From Trichormus sp. ATA11-4-KO1 (GTDB lineage: Bacteria; Cyanobacteriota; Cyanobacteriia; Cyanobacteriales; Nostocaceae): a stretch of DNA of 64,000 bases. Positions 39,397 to 50,427 of the stretch are shown piece by piece. How positions within the stretch are numbered: position 1 is the first letter of the stretch; every line of letters starts with the position of its first letter. Below the pieces are notes generated by a model. The model was not told the DNA's origin and ran no database searches. It saw only the letters and a list, made by a program, of their open reading frames with translations. A program made the translations under genes and the position numbers. The stretch is from positions 10,202 through 74,201 of the forward strand of contig JAHHIM010000024.1 in the NCBI GenBank assembly GCA_019358915.1, written 5' to 3'.

Positions 39397-40740
39397 TTAG
39401 TAATTATTTTCAGGGTAACAGCTTGGCAGCTTGGAAACTAAAACACTGGTATGTTGCCACACTTGAGTCCCACCAGCCCAAATTCGGGAGGGGAAGTATC
39501 CTTTAGGGATAGACCAACTTAGCAGAAATTGAGAACTAGACTGGGAGTTATAAACAGTCCAACCAATAGCAGCACAAAATTTGCCGTAGTCACCATCAAC
39601 GTTTTCATAAATTTGCTTCTGAACACTAAACCCAAACCGTTGTTGGCTGTACTGCATCCACAGTTGGTCAATTGTTTGTAAAACCTCATCTGGCAACTTT
39701 TTCAAATCACTACAAAAAAGATAGCTGTTAATTGGCTTCGAGAGTGCTTGACACATCACCACCCAAGTTTCTTGGTCTGCTTGTTGCCATTTCCTGACAG
39801 CGAGGAAATCGCGCAATTGGCTGTAATCAAGTTCTATCTTTAAATTATCTGGCTGTGTTGTGGCTAAATTTAAGGCTTCCAGGACTTCCGCAGCCGATTG
39901 ATAACGTTGAGAAAGGGCATTGTGCAGCAATTTATCAAGAATTTGACCGAGTGCATGACCTACCCTATTTTCACTTAATATATAGTCACGCCATACCCAG
40001 CGATCGCTAATCACATCAAACAACTCAAAGGGAGAAATTCCCGTCAATAAATGAATACAGGTGACACCTAAACTATAAAGGTCACTAGCTGGTAAAGCTT
40101 TACCCCGTGTTTGTTCAGGAGCAATATATTCTGGACTGCCTATTGTTGTTCCTGTATGTAGCAACGCTGTAGTAGTGATGTGTTTAGCAACTCCGAAGTC
40201 AATTAAAACTAGATCACCTTGGGGGACGCGACGCATGATATTTGCTGGCTTAATATCACGGTGAATCACTCGGCGGTCATGGATGAATTGCAGCACTGGC
40301 AACAAATTTTGCAGTAATTCCCCTATTTGGGATGCGTTAAATACTCCTTGCTGTTGTAATTCCTGTGCCAGGGTTTGTCCTGAAATTAATTCCTCCACCA
40401 AATACAGCTGATGCTCTTGTTCAAAGTACCCTAATAGTTGAGGTATTTGGGGATGCTGCAACTCATCTAGACGAACGGCTTCCTGACGAAATAATTCTAC
40501 TGCCTTGTGAAGGCTTTCTCTATCTTCCTCTGGAAAACAGAATTGTTTGATGACACACCTGATTTTGGAGGGAAGGTGTTCATCCACAGCCAAAAAAGTT
40601 CTGCCAAATCCACCGTGTCCTAAGCAACAGAGCAGGCGATAGCGGTCTTGGAGCAACAATTGCCCACCACATTTGGGACAAACTTGAGCCGTGTCAGAAT
40701 TTTGTAAATGCAGACAGCCAATGTTGGGACAGAGTTTCAT
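39397..40740 (-). CDS. Ser/Thr kinase with C-terminal GUN4-like domain
   Basis: N-terminal Cys4 ribbon, HRDIKPAN, DFG; DYSQLRDFL...WQQADQET...IDQLWMQYSQQRFGFSVQKQIY. Confidence 0.9.
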   Translation of the reverse strand: MKLCPNIGCLHLQNSDTAQVCPKCGGQLLLQDRYRLLCCLGHGGFGRTFLAVDEHLPSKIRCVIKQFCFPEEDRESLHKAVELFRQEAVRLDELQHPQIPQLLGYFEQEHQLYLVEELISGQTLAQELQQQGVFNASQIGELLQNLLPVLQFIHDRRVIHRDIKPANIMRRVPQGDLVLIDFGVAKHITTTALLHTGTTIGSPEYIAPEQTRGKALPASDLYSLGVTCIHLLTGISPFELFDVISDRWVWRDYILSENRVGHALGQILDKLLHNALSQRYQSAAEVLEALNLATTQPDNLKIELDYSQLRDFLAVRKWQQADQETWVVMCQALSKPINSYLFCSDLKKLPDEVLQTIDQLWMQYSQQRFGFSVQKQIYENVDGDYGKFCAAIGWTVYNSQSSSQFLLSWSIPKGYFPSRIWAGGTQVWQHTSVLVSKLPSCYPENNY

Positions 40741-40817
40741 TACCAGGTAGAACGTTTTCTGGGCTTCATGATCTTAGTATTCCCAATTTATTCCCGACTC
40801 TCCCTCGGCTGCTTGCC

Positions 40818-41198
40818 TTATTGCTGCTCGGCGGTGTAAGTATAAAAGTTATTAAATGCCCCCACTGTCTCAAATCTGTAAGCAGGTATCCAAGAACTCA
40901 GTCTTATATCTGTACTGTAAATGCTAAAAATCATAAAATCTTGCTTTTGCGTAGTCAGAGCCAGGATTTCCCGCATATGGGGATTGGCTGTATCTACCAG
41001 TTGCTCACATTTAGAATTTAGTAAATTTTCTAAGAAACTTGTAGTTTTTTTGCAAACATCCTTTTTTAAATATTCTGTCAGTCGTTGCGCTGCGTACTCT
41101 TCATATTCAGCCTGCGACGGATTAGTTTTCGCCATTGTCACTCCCAAAGTGGCTAATCCTGCTGCTCCCGCGTATGCCATAATAGTCAGTGCTTTCAT
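40818..41198 (-). CDS. DUF4359-like membrane-anchored protein
   Basis: N-terminal TM, TNPSQAEYEEYA, FSIYSTD and FETVGAFNNF. Confidence 0.7.
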   Translation of the reverse strand: MKALTIMAYAGAAGLATLGVTMAKTNPSQAEYEEYAAQRLTEYLKKDVCKKTTSFLENLLNSKCEQLVDTANPHMREILALTTQKQDFMIFSIYSTDIRLSSWIPAYRFETVGAFNNFYTYTAEQQ

Positions 41199-41278
41199 GT
41201 TTCCTAACTGTAATTCAATGTTGTCATTGGACTCCCAAGACTGGGAATAAACAAAGTCCGTTCCTTAAAAAAAAACTC

Positions 41279-41308
41279 TTGATTACTTCTTCAAAGAAAT
41301 GTTATAAT
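41279..41308 (+). promoter_or_regulatory. Sigma70-type promoter of tRNA-His
   Basis: TTGATT-N18-TATAAT with extended TG, 15 nt upstream of the tRNA. Confidence 0.6.
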
Positions 41309-41323
41309 CAGCAATATCGAAAT

Positions 41324-41397
41324 GGCGAGCGTAGCCAAGTGGTTAAGGCAGTGGTTTGTGGTACCACCATTCGTGGGTTCGAGTCCCATCGTTCGCC
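41324..41397 (+). tRNA. tRNA-His (GUG)
   Basis: G-1 plus acceptor GCGAGCG/CGTTCGC, D-loop CCAAGTGGTTAAGG, anticodon arm GTGGT-TTGTGGT-ACCAC, T-loop GGTTCGAGTCC, discriminator C; CCA not encoded. Confidence 0.96.
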
Positions 41398-41799
41398 CTT
41401 ACAAAAGCTATTTTTTTGAGTAAATTCAGTGGATACTGGTTAAATCGTGAAATTTTCAATCAGTAAAGAGGCATTACCTAAGATTGGGCTAATTTAGGCA
41501 ATGTTCATTAATCACTCTTGACATTAATCGATATTACTTAGATATACATATCATAAGGCATAAGTTTCTGTTTGCAGCCATGAATAACTCTCTAAAATCA
41601 ACATTAGCCTCATGATTACATGGCTTAAAATTAGATATGGATAACCCTTAACCTGACAAAGACTTGTTGACACCAATTATTCAATTCCTCAATTACGAAT
41701 TGCCTTACAGGTTCGCGAGTTTGCCAAACTTCTTTAAAGAAATTACCCGAACGACGCCAAGCGCCAAGATGGCGACTCGCTCACGAATTAAGAATTAAT

Positions 41800-43473
41800 A
41801 TGACTGTATTTGCCTCTGAACGCCTCTTATTCACTCCCACCACTCCCAACACCGATGCGATACCGCTAATTTTTGCCTTTCCTAATGAGTACAGCGTCGG
41901 TATCACCAGCCTCGGCTATCAGGTGGTGTGGGCTACTTTGGCTATGCGTGAAGATGTGCAGGTGAGTCGCTTATTTACCGATATTCAGGAACAACTTCCC
42001 CGCAACCCGAAAATTGTAGGATTTTCGCTTTCCTGGGAACTAGATTATGTAAATATTTTAAATTTACTCGAATCTCTAGAAATTCCTATTCGGGCTACTT
42101 TCCGTGATGATTCACATCCCATAGTTTTTGGTGGTGGCCCTGTACTCACTGCTAACCCGGAACCTTTTGCAGACTTTTTTGATGTCATCTTACTAGGTGA
42201 TGGAGAAAATCTACTGCCTAATTTTATTGAGGTGTACAAAGAAGTTAGAAACGCCTCTCGCCAGACTCAGTTAAAAGCATTGGCGCAAATTCCAGGAATT
42301 TACGTTCCTAGTTTATATGAGGTGGAATATCAGGCAAAAGATGGTGCAGTGAAGTCAATTAAACCAATTTTCCCAGAAATTCCCGCAGTGGTGCAAAAGC
42401 AAACTTACCGAGGAAATACCCTTGCATCATCAACTGTAGTGACTGAAAAAGCCGCCTGGGAAAATATTTACATGGTAGAAGTGGTACGAAGTTGTCCAGA
42501 AATGTGCCGCTTCTGTATGGCAAGTTATCTGACATTGCCTTTTAGAACAGCCAGTCTGGAAAGTTCTTTGATTCCAGCCATTGAAAGAGGTTTACAAGTT
42601 ACAAATCGCTTGGGTTTATTGGGTGCTTCGGTAACTCAGCATCCAGAGTTTGAGGCTTTGCTAAATTATATTAGTCAGCCAAAATATGATGATGTGCGTT
42701 TGAGTATTGCCTCAGTGCGAACCAATACAGTAACTGTGCAGCTGGCAGAAACTTTAGCAAAAAGAGACACGCGATCGCTTACCATTGCTGTAGAAAGTGG
42801 TTCGGAAAAACTCCGCCAAATTATCAACAAAAAGTTGCATAACGATGAAATCATCCAAGCTGCGGTAAACGCCAAAGCTGGAGGCTTGAAAAGTCTGAAA
42901 CTCTACGGGATGGCAGGAATTCCCGGTGAAGAACCAGAAGATTTAGCACAAACCGTAGATATGATGCTGAGTATCAAAAAAGCTGCCCCAGGACTGCGAT
43001 TAACACTAGGATGTAGCACCTTTGTACCCAAAGCCCATACACCATTTCAATGGTTTGGGGTGAATCGCCAAGCGGAAAAGAGGTTACAATTTTTACAAAA
43101 AAAACTCAAACCTCAGGGTATAGAGTTTCGCCCCGAAAGCTATAATTGGTCGATTATACAGGCTTTGATATCCAGAGGCGATCGCCGACTCTCACAACTG
43201 CTCGAATTAACCCGTGAATTTGGCGACTCTTTAGGTAGCTACAAACGAGCTTTCAAACAACTCAAAGGACAAATCCCCGACTTAGAGTTTTACGTCCACA
43301 CCAATTGGTCAACAGAACAAATCTTACCTTGGAATCACTTGCAAGGGCCGCTACCACAGTCTACACTACTGAAGCACTTGGCTGATAGCTTATATGGCAG
43401 CCATGATGAAGAAATGAAAAGTAAAAAAACGAATTTCTTTAAATCTGATTTAAAACTACATGGCATAGCCTGA
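41800..43473 (+). CDS. B12-binding-domain-type radical SAM protein
   Basis: FPNEYSVGITSLG, GGGPVLTANPEP, EVVRSCPEMCRFC (CxxxCxxC) and FVPKAHTPFQW. Confidence 0.9.
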   Translation: MTVFASERLLFTPTTPNTDAIPLIFAFPNEYSVGITSLGYQVVWATLAMREDVQVSRLFTDIQEQLPRNPKIVGFSLSWELDYVNILNLLESLEIPIRATFRDDSHPIVFGGGPVLTANPEPFADFFDVILLGDGENLLPNFIEVYKEVRNASRQTQLKALAQIPGIYVPSLYEVEYQAKDGAVKSIKPIFPEIPAVVQKQTYRGNTLASSTVVTEKAAWENIYMVEVVRSCPEMCRFCMASYLTLPFRTASLESSLIPAIERGLQVTNRLGLLGASVTQHPEFEALLNYISQPKYDDVRLSIASVRTNTVTVQLAETLAKRDTRSLTIAVESGSEKLRQIINKKLHNDEIIQAAVNAKAGGLKSLKLYGMAGIPGEEPEDLAQTVDMMLSIKKAAPGLRLTLGCSTFVPKAHTPFQWFGVNRQAEKRLQFLQKKLKPQGIEFRPESYNWSIIQALISRGDRRLSQLLELTREFGDSLGSYKRAFKQLKGQIPDLEFYVHTNWSTEQILPWNHLQGPLPQSTLLKHLADSLYGSHDEEMKSKKTNFFKSDLKLHGIA

Positions 43474-43532
43474 AAATTATACTGTATAAGACTTTGGTGC
43501 TAAACTTTAAATTTGAATCAGGAGCAAGTCTC

Positions 43533-44144
43533 ATGTTTCAAGCTTTGCCAAAAACAGTAACTTTTGCAGAATTCCTAAATTGGAAGCCAGACGGTAAATG
43601 TTATGAACTACATGATGGAGTGATTGTTGAAGTGCAGCCAGTAGGAGATCATGAAGAGATTAATGGTTTTTTAGCTGGCGAAATCACTCTAGAGTTCAAA
43701 CGATTAAAACTTCCTTATCTCATACCCAAGCAAGCATTAATCAAAGTTCCTGCAAGAGAATCTGCTTATTCACCTGATGTAATTGTCATCAATCAAAAGC
43801 ATCTTTCATCAGAACCAATGTGGAAAAAGTCTTCGACAGTGACTGAGGCTGCATCTGTTCCTTTAGTTATTGAAGTCGTCAGTACTAATTGGCAAGATGA
43901 TTATGCACACAAGCTAGTTGACTATGAAACTTTTGGTGTTCCTGAATATTGGGTTGTTGACTATTTAGCTTTGGGTGGTAGGCGATACATAGGTAATCCC
44001 AAACAACCTACGATTTCTATTTACTATTTAGTGGAAGATGAGTATCAAGTTAACCAGTTTCGAGGTAGCGATCACATAATATCGCCTACATTCCCAGAAT
44101 TGAATTTGACTGCTGAACAAATTTTTCAAGCTGGGCGACCTTAA
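43533..44144 (+). CDS. Uma2-family endonuclease-like protein
   Basis: YELHDG, YSPDVIV, LVIEVVSTNW and GVPEYWVVD. Confidence 0.88.
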   Translation: MFQALPKTVTFAEFLNWKPDGKCYELHDGVIVEVQPVGDHEEINGFLAGEITLEFKRLKLPYLIPKQALIKVPARESAYSPDVIVINQKHLSSEPMWKKSSTVTEAASVPLVIEVVSTNWQDDYAHKLVDYETFGVPEYWVVDYLALGGRRYIGNPKQPTISIYYLVEDEYQVNQFRGSDHIISPTFPELNLTAEQIFQAGRP

Positions 44145-44263
44145 TCAAGAGCGATCGCCTAGCCCTGCTTATGTGGGAATATTAGATAATCTTTATTTGA
44201 CACTTTCCATAGACAAACTACCTAGAGTTTTTACATTTGCCTATCGTCTTACGAATTAACTCA

Positions 44264-44452
44264 ATGCAAACCACGGCAGATTATTATTGTGCCTATTGTG
44301 GCGAACCAAACTTAACCTTTATCGATTTAAGCGCTGGGTCACAACAATCTTATGTAGAAGACTGTCAAGTTTGCTGTAACCCCAACATTTTGTATGTGCG
44401 GGTTGATGAAGATACCCTAGATATCGAGATTGATACTGAATGCGAAGGCTAA
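44264..44452 (+). CDS. CPXCG-motif cysteine-rich protein
   Basis: CAYCGE...YVEDCQVCCNP. Confidence 0.8.
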   Translation: MQTTADYYCAYCGEPNLTFIDLSAGSQQSYVEDCQVCCNPNILYVRVDEDTLDIEIDTECEG

Positions 44453-44471
44453 ATTTTAGGTTTTTCTTTCC

Positions 44472-44921
44472 ATGCTGCACTTTCAACATTCCTCAGTAAT
44501 TAATGCACCACCCGAAGTAGTTTGGAAATTTCACGAAAGACCGGATATTTTGCAACTACTAAACCCACCTTGGCAACCAGTTCAAGTAGTCCGTCGTGAA
44601 GGAGGGCTGGAAGTGGGTGCTATCACCGAATTTCGTTTATTTTTGGGGCCATTACCTTTAACTTGGTTAGCGCGTCACACTGAATGTGAACAAAATTGTC
44701 TGTTTATCGACGAACAGATATCTGGCCCTTTTGAGTCTTGGGTACATCGACATGAATTTGCGCCAGAAAATGGTAAAACCAGGCTAACTGATGCTGTTGC
44801 TTTCTCAATGCCGGGTGGTGACACAATTGAATTTATCAGTGGTTGGTTAATCAAAGTGCAACTAGAAGCGATGTTTCGTTATCGTCATCATGTGACTAAA
44901 CGCGAGTGTGAGTCACGATAA
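44472..44921 (+). CDS. SRPBCC family protein
   Basis: INAPPEVVWKFH, FIDEQISGPFESWVHRHEF and MFRYRH. Confidence 0.85.
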   Translation: MLHFQHSSVINAPPEVVWKFHERPDILQLLNPPWQPVQVVRREGGLEVGAITEFRLFLGPLPLTWLARHTECEQNCLFIDEQISGPFESWVHRHEFAPENGKTRLTDAVAFSMPGGDTIEFISGWLIKVQLEAMFRYRHHVTKRECESR

Positions 44922-45125
44922 CGCGGTGAGATTAACATCGTGGCATTATCTAATGAGTCTTGTCTACGTTCCTGTACAGTGCCACATTAAATAACAGGGA
45001 GACAAATTTGTGTGGTCAAAGTTGAAGTTATATCTAGCGGCATCTGTGAAGAGAGGTGACTTTTGCTAGCGTAGAGATATGAAAAATTATTGCTCATTCA
45101 CAAATTAGCTTGCACACGAAATAAT

Positions 45126-46004
45126 ATGGCTCATTTAGATATTCGTCGCTGGGAAAATGTTAACGGTGATTTTTATGTAGATACTACTTGTATTGATTGT
45201 GATACGTGTCGCTGGATGGCACCTCAAGTATTTTCTCGTATCAATCAACAGTCCGCAGTACATCATCAGCCACAAAATGAAGTAGAAAGATTAGCAGCAC
45301 TCCAAGCACTTTTAGCTTGTCCAACTAATTCTATTGGTACAGTTGAGAAGCCATGTGATATCAAATTTGCTCAACAAAGTTTTCCAATTTTAGTTGATGA
45401 AAATATCTATCACTGTGGTTATCATTCGGAAAAATCTTATGGTGCTGCTAGTTATTTAATTCAAATTCCAGAAGGTAACATTTTAGTGGATTCTCCTCAA
45501 TTTTTATCACCTTTAGTCAAGCGTATAGAAGAAATGGGTGGAATTCGTTATATGTACTTAACTCACAGGGATGATGTAGCAGATCATCAAAAATTTGTTG
45601 AACATTTTCAATGTCAGCGTATTCTCCATATTGATGAAATTACTGCGGGTACTCGGAATGTAGAAATACAGCTAACTGCAAAAGAACCATTTGCTCTAAC
45701 TCCAGATTTGCTGATTATTCCCGTTCCTGGTCATACCAAAGGACATACGGTTTTACTGTACAAAAATAAATTTTTATTCACAGGCGACCATCTTGCTTGG
45801 TCAGAAAGCTTGCATCAGTTGGTAGCATTTCACGATGTCTGTTGGTATTCTTGGTCAGAACAGATAAAATCAATGTATAAGTTAGTTAAATACTCATTTG
45901 AGTGGGTACTACCTGGTCATGGTCGAAGATTTCATGCTGATGCTGACACCATGCGTCAGCAGATGAACAAGTGTATTGAGTTAATGGAATCAATCAGAAA
46001 GTAG
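45126..46004 (+). CDS. Ferredoxin-like plus MBL-fold metallo-hydrolase
   Basis: CIDCDTC...ACP N-terminal domain; THRDDVADH, PGHTKGH, TGDH and LPGHG. Confidence 0.85.
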   Translation: MAHLDIRRWENVNGDFYVDTTCIDCDTCRWMAPQVFSRINQQSAVHHQPQNEVERLAALQALLACPTNSIGTVEKPCDIKFAQQSFPILVDENIYHCGYHSEKSYGAASYLIQIPEGNILVDSPQFLSPLVKRIEEMGGIRYMYLTHRDDVADHQKFVEHFQCQRILHIDEITAGTRNVEIQLTAKEPFALTPDLLIIPVPGHTKGHTVLLYKNKFLFTGDHLAWSESLHQLVAFHDVCWYSWSEQIKSMYKLVKYSFEWVLPGHGRRFHADADTMRQQMNKCIELMESIRK

Positions 46005-46065
46005 CCATTAGCTTACAATGCTTCAAATTGCATTTGAACAGCTATAAGAAAATTACAAAAGATAC

Positions 46066-46884
46066 CTATTTATCCTGATTTTTTAGACCTTGTTGAGAAA
46101 CCCATTTCATCAAGCCAGGAAATAATCTGTATAAACCCTGCGACACATTTGCCGAACCCACCATTACTTCCGATTTTTGATGCTTAACTGCATCCCAAAT
46201 AGCATTTGCCACATCTTCAGGCTTCTCAATAACAGGATTTTTCAGCACATTATCAAGCTGTTGACGGCGGCTGGTAATATCTTGCTCATCCTTACCTCGA
46301 AAAACTGCCCGTTCCATAAAACTACTTTTGATTAAATTTGGATAAATCCCACAAACAGAAATACCTTTTGGCTGTAATTCTGCCTGCAATGATTCTGTTA
46401 ATCCTGTCACCCCAAATTTACTAGTACAGTAAGGAACTAAATAAGCAGTAGGTACTTTTCCCCCAATAGAACTGACATTAACTATGGTTCCACTTCCCCG
46501 TTGGAGAAAATGAGGCAAAAGAGCATGGATAGTATGAATATATCCCCATAGATTAGTATCTATAACTTGGTGCCAATCGTTGAGCGAAAACTGTTCCACT
46601 GGCCCTGATGCAAAAATACCTGCATTGTTTACCAGCACATCAATGTCAGCATAATGCTCCAAGGCATTTTTCACTAATGTATCTACCTGGGATGGATCTT
46701 TGACATCGCAAGTAATAGTTAATGGTGCTGTACGACCAAGGCTTTGTAATTCCTGTGCTGTGGCTGCCAAGGAGTCAGCATGACGAGCTGCAAGGACAAG
46801 GTTATATCCTTTTCGGGAAAATAAAAGTGCAGTTGCTTTACCAATGCCTTGAGAAGCACCTGTAATTATTACTGTAGGAGCCAT
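46066..46884 (-). CDS. SDR family oxidoreductase
   Basis: TGASQGIG, LVNNAG and YCTSK (YxxxK). Confidence 0.92.
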   Translation of the reverse strand: MAPTVIITGASQGIGKATALLFSRKGYNLVLAARHADSLAATAQELQSLGRTAPLTITCDVKDPSQVDTLVKNALEHYADIDVLVNNAGIFASGPVEQFSLNDWHQVIDTNLWGYIHTIHALLPHFLQRGSGTIVNVSSIGGKVPTAYLVPYCTSKFGVTGLTESLQAELQPKGISVCGIYPNLIKSSFMERAVFRGKDEQDITSRRQQLDNVLKNPVIEKPEDVANAIWDAVKHQKSEVMVGSANVSQGLYRLFPGLMKWVSQQGLKNQDK

Positions 46885-47383
46885 ATTCTAAAATTAGAAT
46901 GTTATTTACTATCTATTTAGTCTGGGCAACAAGGCTCAAAAAAATCTTCTGACTTCCGTTAGATTTTTGATGAGATTTGGAATAGTATTTGGTCACTATA
47001 ATTCATTCATTGTGAAATTTTAGCTAGTAATGAATGGTGAAAAAACATCTACTCAATGAAATAATTATTTAATAAAAAGACTTCCGTGCAAAAATTCTCT
47101 AAATCTCATCCTTTAGACTTGCTGAGAATTTGGCACTAGAGACAGATAGCACTAAATGACCAGGTAAATATTATGAAAAATGTAATTAGATTTTTCAGGA
47201 AAATCCACAATGCAACTTTATTCTAGTGATGCAAATAACACTACATAAAATTGGCAAGAAGCGTCATGCCTTTAAGTTTGATTTTACGCCTCAGTCTGAA
47301 GTTGGAAGCGTGTTGCTGATCTATTAGGAAAAGAGGGAACAGAGGCATTTTCTCGCGATTGAATAGCTTGAGAAAGGCTGAGT

Positions 47384-47561
47384 CTGACATCTTGCACCAA
47401 CCCTTGGCGATTAAAATCGCAGCTATACAAACAAAGTCCGCCTTGCGGACTCAAGGAAAAACAAGGGTTTTGAACCCACGTAGGTGGCCTTCCCTCCGGG
47501 AAGACGCTACGCGTCGCGCCTGTGTAGCTGTGACTTCCAGTCGCCTGGTGCAAGATATGAG
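47384..47561. mobile_element. MITE-like nested palindromic repeat
   Basis: Ends CTGACATCTTGCACCA / TGGTGCAAGATATGAG; inner inverted arms GGCGATT..AATCGCAGCTATACA / TGTGTAGCTGTGACTT...GTCGCC. Confidence 0.7.
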
Positions 47562-47920
47562 GAGTAGGGAAATGAGTAAGGGGGAGAATTTTTTTCTCCT
47601 GTTTCTCTGCTTGAGGATCTCAATGGTAACAATACAGTACAAAAGTACTATGTTGATGCTTCACGCTTCTGACTAATGAGTGACCATCCTTGCTTGCCAA
47701 AGATAACAATAGCAACATCTTTACCTGGGCGACTCAATAAGATCAGTTGTATGTGTAATAATAGTTAAAGTAACTTAACATTTCTACATAGTATAAAAAT
47801 GTTGGTATTGTCTAGTGTAGAACACTAACCACTAATAGACATTTCTAGCTCGTGGTTGGTGCTTTTTACTGTGACTATATTTTGAGAATTTTCACCTAAA
47901 ATGCTACGCGGAGTAAAAGC

Positions 47921-48685
47921 GTGATCCAGTTAGAACAACCATATAAAAATCAAAAATCAATCACCCCAGAAGTAAAAAATAACGATTTATTTGGGGGAAT
48001 TTTTATAGCCATTGCCATTATTAGTATATGGGCTATTAGCTTGGGATTATTACTATTTATTGATATCTCAGAAATAAATTTTTTGATTTTATTGCCAATT
48101 ATCCTGTGGCAAACATTTTTATATACAGGATTATTTATTACTTCTCATGATGCTATGCATGGGGTAGTATTTCCCAAAAACACCAAAATCAACCATTTTA
48201 TTGGGTCATTAACCTTATCAATTTATGGTCTTTTATCATATCCAAAACTGTTAAAAAAGCATTGGTTACATCATCATAAACCAGTAAGTAAAATAGATCC
48301 AGACTTTCATGATGGTAAGCATAAAAACTTTTTTGCTTGGTATATTTATTTTATGAAGGGTTACTGGAGTTGGCAACAAATTATTACTTTAACTATTATT
48401 TATAACATCGCAAAATCCATATTTCATATACCTGGTGATAATCTAACTTATTTTTGGGTAATTCCTTCCATATTAAGTTCATTACAATTATTTTATTTTG
48501 GGACTTTTCTGCCTCATCGTGAGCCAAAAGGCGGTTATATTCAGCCTCATTGTGCCCAAACTATTAACCGGCCAATTTGGTGGTCATTTATTACTTGCTA
48601 CCATTTTGGCTACCATAAAGAACATCATGAATATCCCCATATTCCTTGGTGGCAGCTACCACAAATTTATAAAATTTGTAAGTAA
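47921..48685 (+). CDS. crtW: Beta-carotene ketolase
   Basis: TGLFITSHDAMHG, HWLHH...DPDFH, FGTFLPHR and CYHFGYHKEHHEYP His boxes. Confidence 0.9.
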   Translation: MIQLEQPYKNQKSITPEVKNNDLFGGIFIAIAIISIWAISLGLLLFIDISEINFLILLPIILWQTFLYTGLFITSHDAMHGVVFPKNTKINHFIGSLTLSIYGLLSYPKLLKKHWLHHHKPVSKIDPDFHDGKHKNFFAWYIYFMKGYWSWQQIITLTIIYNIAKSIFHIPGDNLTYFWVIPSILSSLQLFYFGTFLPHREPKGGYIQPHCAQTINRPIWWSFITCYHFGYHKEHHEYPHIPWWQLPQIYKICK

Positions 48686-48931
48686 TCAGCAAAACCACAG
48701 AGGATCAAGGGAAGATGCATCTGATAAAAAAAAATAAAATCCTATTTGGTAGTCACGGATTCCTCTCTTGTTCAGGGTGATCAGGACTGGACTCAAGACA
48801 GGGGAAATTGCACCTATCTTGTTCGGTTCTACGACTGTCGCTAGTACACAAAAGACTATAACCTCATAAGTAATGATGAAATACTTAATCTAAACGCCGC
48901 CAGCCGCTCTAAAATTAAGGGGTGAAAACCT

Positions 48932-50413
48932 GTGTACGAATGGATATTGCCAAGTCTGAGTGAAGTTTTAGCCGAAAGTCAATCAATCATGGCTGAATGT
49001 TCACCAACCAAAGCAGAGCGGCAATGGCGCGTCAGTTTAGCAGCGACAGAACAACTGCTAATCAACACTTTAGCAACCACTTCACCTGAGGCGAACCAAG
49101 GATTAGTGCTAGCTGCACCAGCACCCTTATTTAGTCAGCCTAGACTAACTCAAAGCTTACAAACTGTCACTTTTACAGCTAAGCCATTTAACCCCTTGGC
49201 ACTGATGCCATTTCACATGCCAACAGTGATCGCCATGGCAGATGTAGAAAAGGTTCCCCACGAATCAGTACTACCCTTGCTACCTGCCGACCCACTGGCA
49301 GCAGAGCAATTTTGTTTGGTTTTTACAGAAAAATTTCGCTTAGTCTTAGTTTTAGCAGAACACAAAAACGGTAATAAAACATTTTCATTTTCTTTTGAGC
49401 CAGAAATAGTCCAGCAGGCTTGGCGATCGCTAGGCGCGCGGGTAATGCTGAGTAATCCAGAATTTTTTGCTGAACTGGATACATTAGTACAAAAATATGC
49501 TCCTGTGACAGCAGATTATCGGACTGTGATGCAGTTTAGCCAGTTGTTGCTTCAAGAATTAACACAACCAGAAGAAACTAAGGAAGCATCACAAAACCCT
49601 GGAGACTGGGGACAAAAGAGTGAGCCTCATCTTTATTGCCCAATTTCCCATCCCCAATCCTCAATTTCCCACACTCAATCTCCAGTCCCTGACATCGAAT
49701 TACTCCAAGCTTTTGCTCATGAAGTTCGCACTCCATTGACAACCATTCGCACCATGACGCGCCTGCTGCTGAAGCGGCGAGACTTACCAGCTAATGTAAT
49801 TCATCGGTTAGAAATTATCGACCACGAGTGTACCGAGCAAATTGATCGGATGGAGTTACTATTTAAAGCAGCAGAACTAGAAACTTGCACCTCGGTAAAA
49901 TCTCCAAACACTCAACTTACACCCATGTCGTTAGATCAAGTGTTGCAGCAGAGTATTCCTCGCTGGCAACAAGCAGCGCATCGGCGGAATTTGACTTTAG
50001 ATGTGGTTTTACCCCAGCAACTGCCAACAGTGGTCAGTAATCCGAATATGCTGGATCAAGTACTCACCGGGTTGATGGAGAATTTCACTCGCAGCTTACC
50101 ACCAGGCGGTCATATTCAAGTACAGGTGATCCCGGCGGGAGACCAACTAAAATTGCAATTATCGCCCCAAATCCAATGCCAAGACACCAGTAAAGTAGCC
50201 GCAACTCCACCAATTCGTAAAGCCCTTGGTCAACTGCTGATGTTTCAGCCAGAAACAGGTACGATTAGCTTGAACATTGCCGCAACCAAGCATTTATTTC
50301 AGGCTATTGGCGGTAAACTAATTGTCCGCCAACGCCCACACAATGGGGAAGTTTTAACTATATTCTTGCCTTTGGAAGTCAGCAGTAAGCACAAGTTAGG
50401 AATTAGAAGTTAA
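48932..50413 (+). CDS. Sensor histidine kinase-like protein with a degenerate ATPase domain
   Basis: H-box AFAHEVRTPLTTI; no canonical DxGxG or GxGLG boxes; in-frame heptamer repeats at about 49640-49690. Confidence 0.8.
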   Translation: MYEWILPSLSEVLAESQSIMAECSPTKAERQWRVSLAATEQLLINTLATTSPEANQGLVLAAPAPLFSQPRLTQSLQTVTFTAKPFNPLALMPFHMPTVIAMADVEKVPHESVLPLLPADPLAAEQFCLVFTEKFRLVLVLAEHKNGNKTFSFSFEPEIVQQAWRSLGARVMLSNPEFFAELDTLVQKYAPVTADYRTVMQFSQLLLQELTQPEETKEASQNPGDWGQKSEPHLYCPISHPQSSISHTQSPVPDIELLQAFAHEVRTPLTTIRTMTRLLLKRRDLPANVIHRLEIIDHECTEQIDRMELLFKAAELETCTSVKSPNTQLTPMSLDQVLQQSIPRWQQAAHRRNLTLDVVLPQQLPTVVSNPNMLDQVLTGLMENFTRSLPPGGHIQVQVIPAGDQLKLQLSPQIQCQDTSKVAATPPIRKALGQLLMFQPETGTISLNIAATKHLFQAIGGKLIVRQRPHNGEVLTIFLPLEVSSKHKLGIRS

Positions 50414-50427
50414 GAAGGGAATGGGGA

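Noticed and set aside
41189..41419. 76-aa ORF
   Set aside because: Overlaps tRNA-His and its promoter
41398..41799. Integrative element at the tRNA-His 3' end
   Set aside because: No integrase gene and no duplicated tRNA 3' end seen downstream in the window
47284..47676. Three overlapping short ORFs
   Set aside because: They span a MITE-like palindromic repeat and show no protein features
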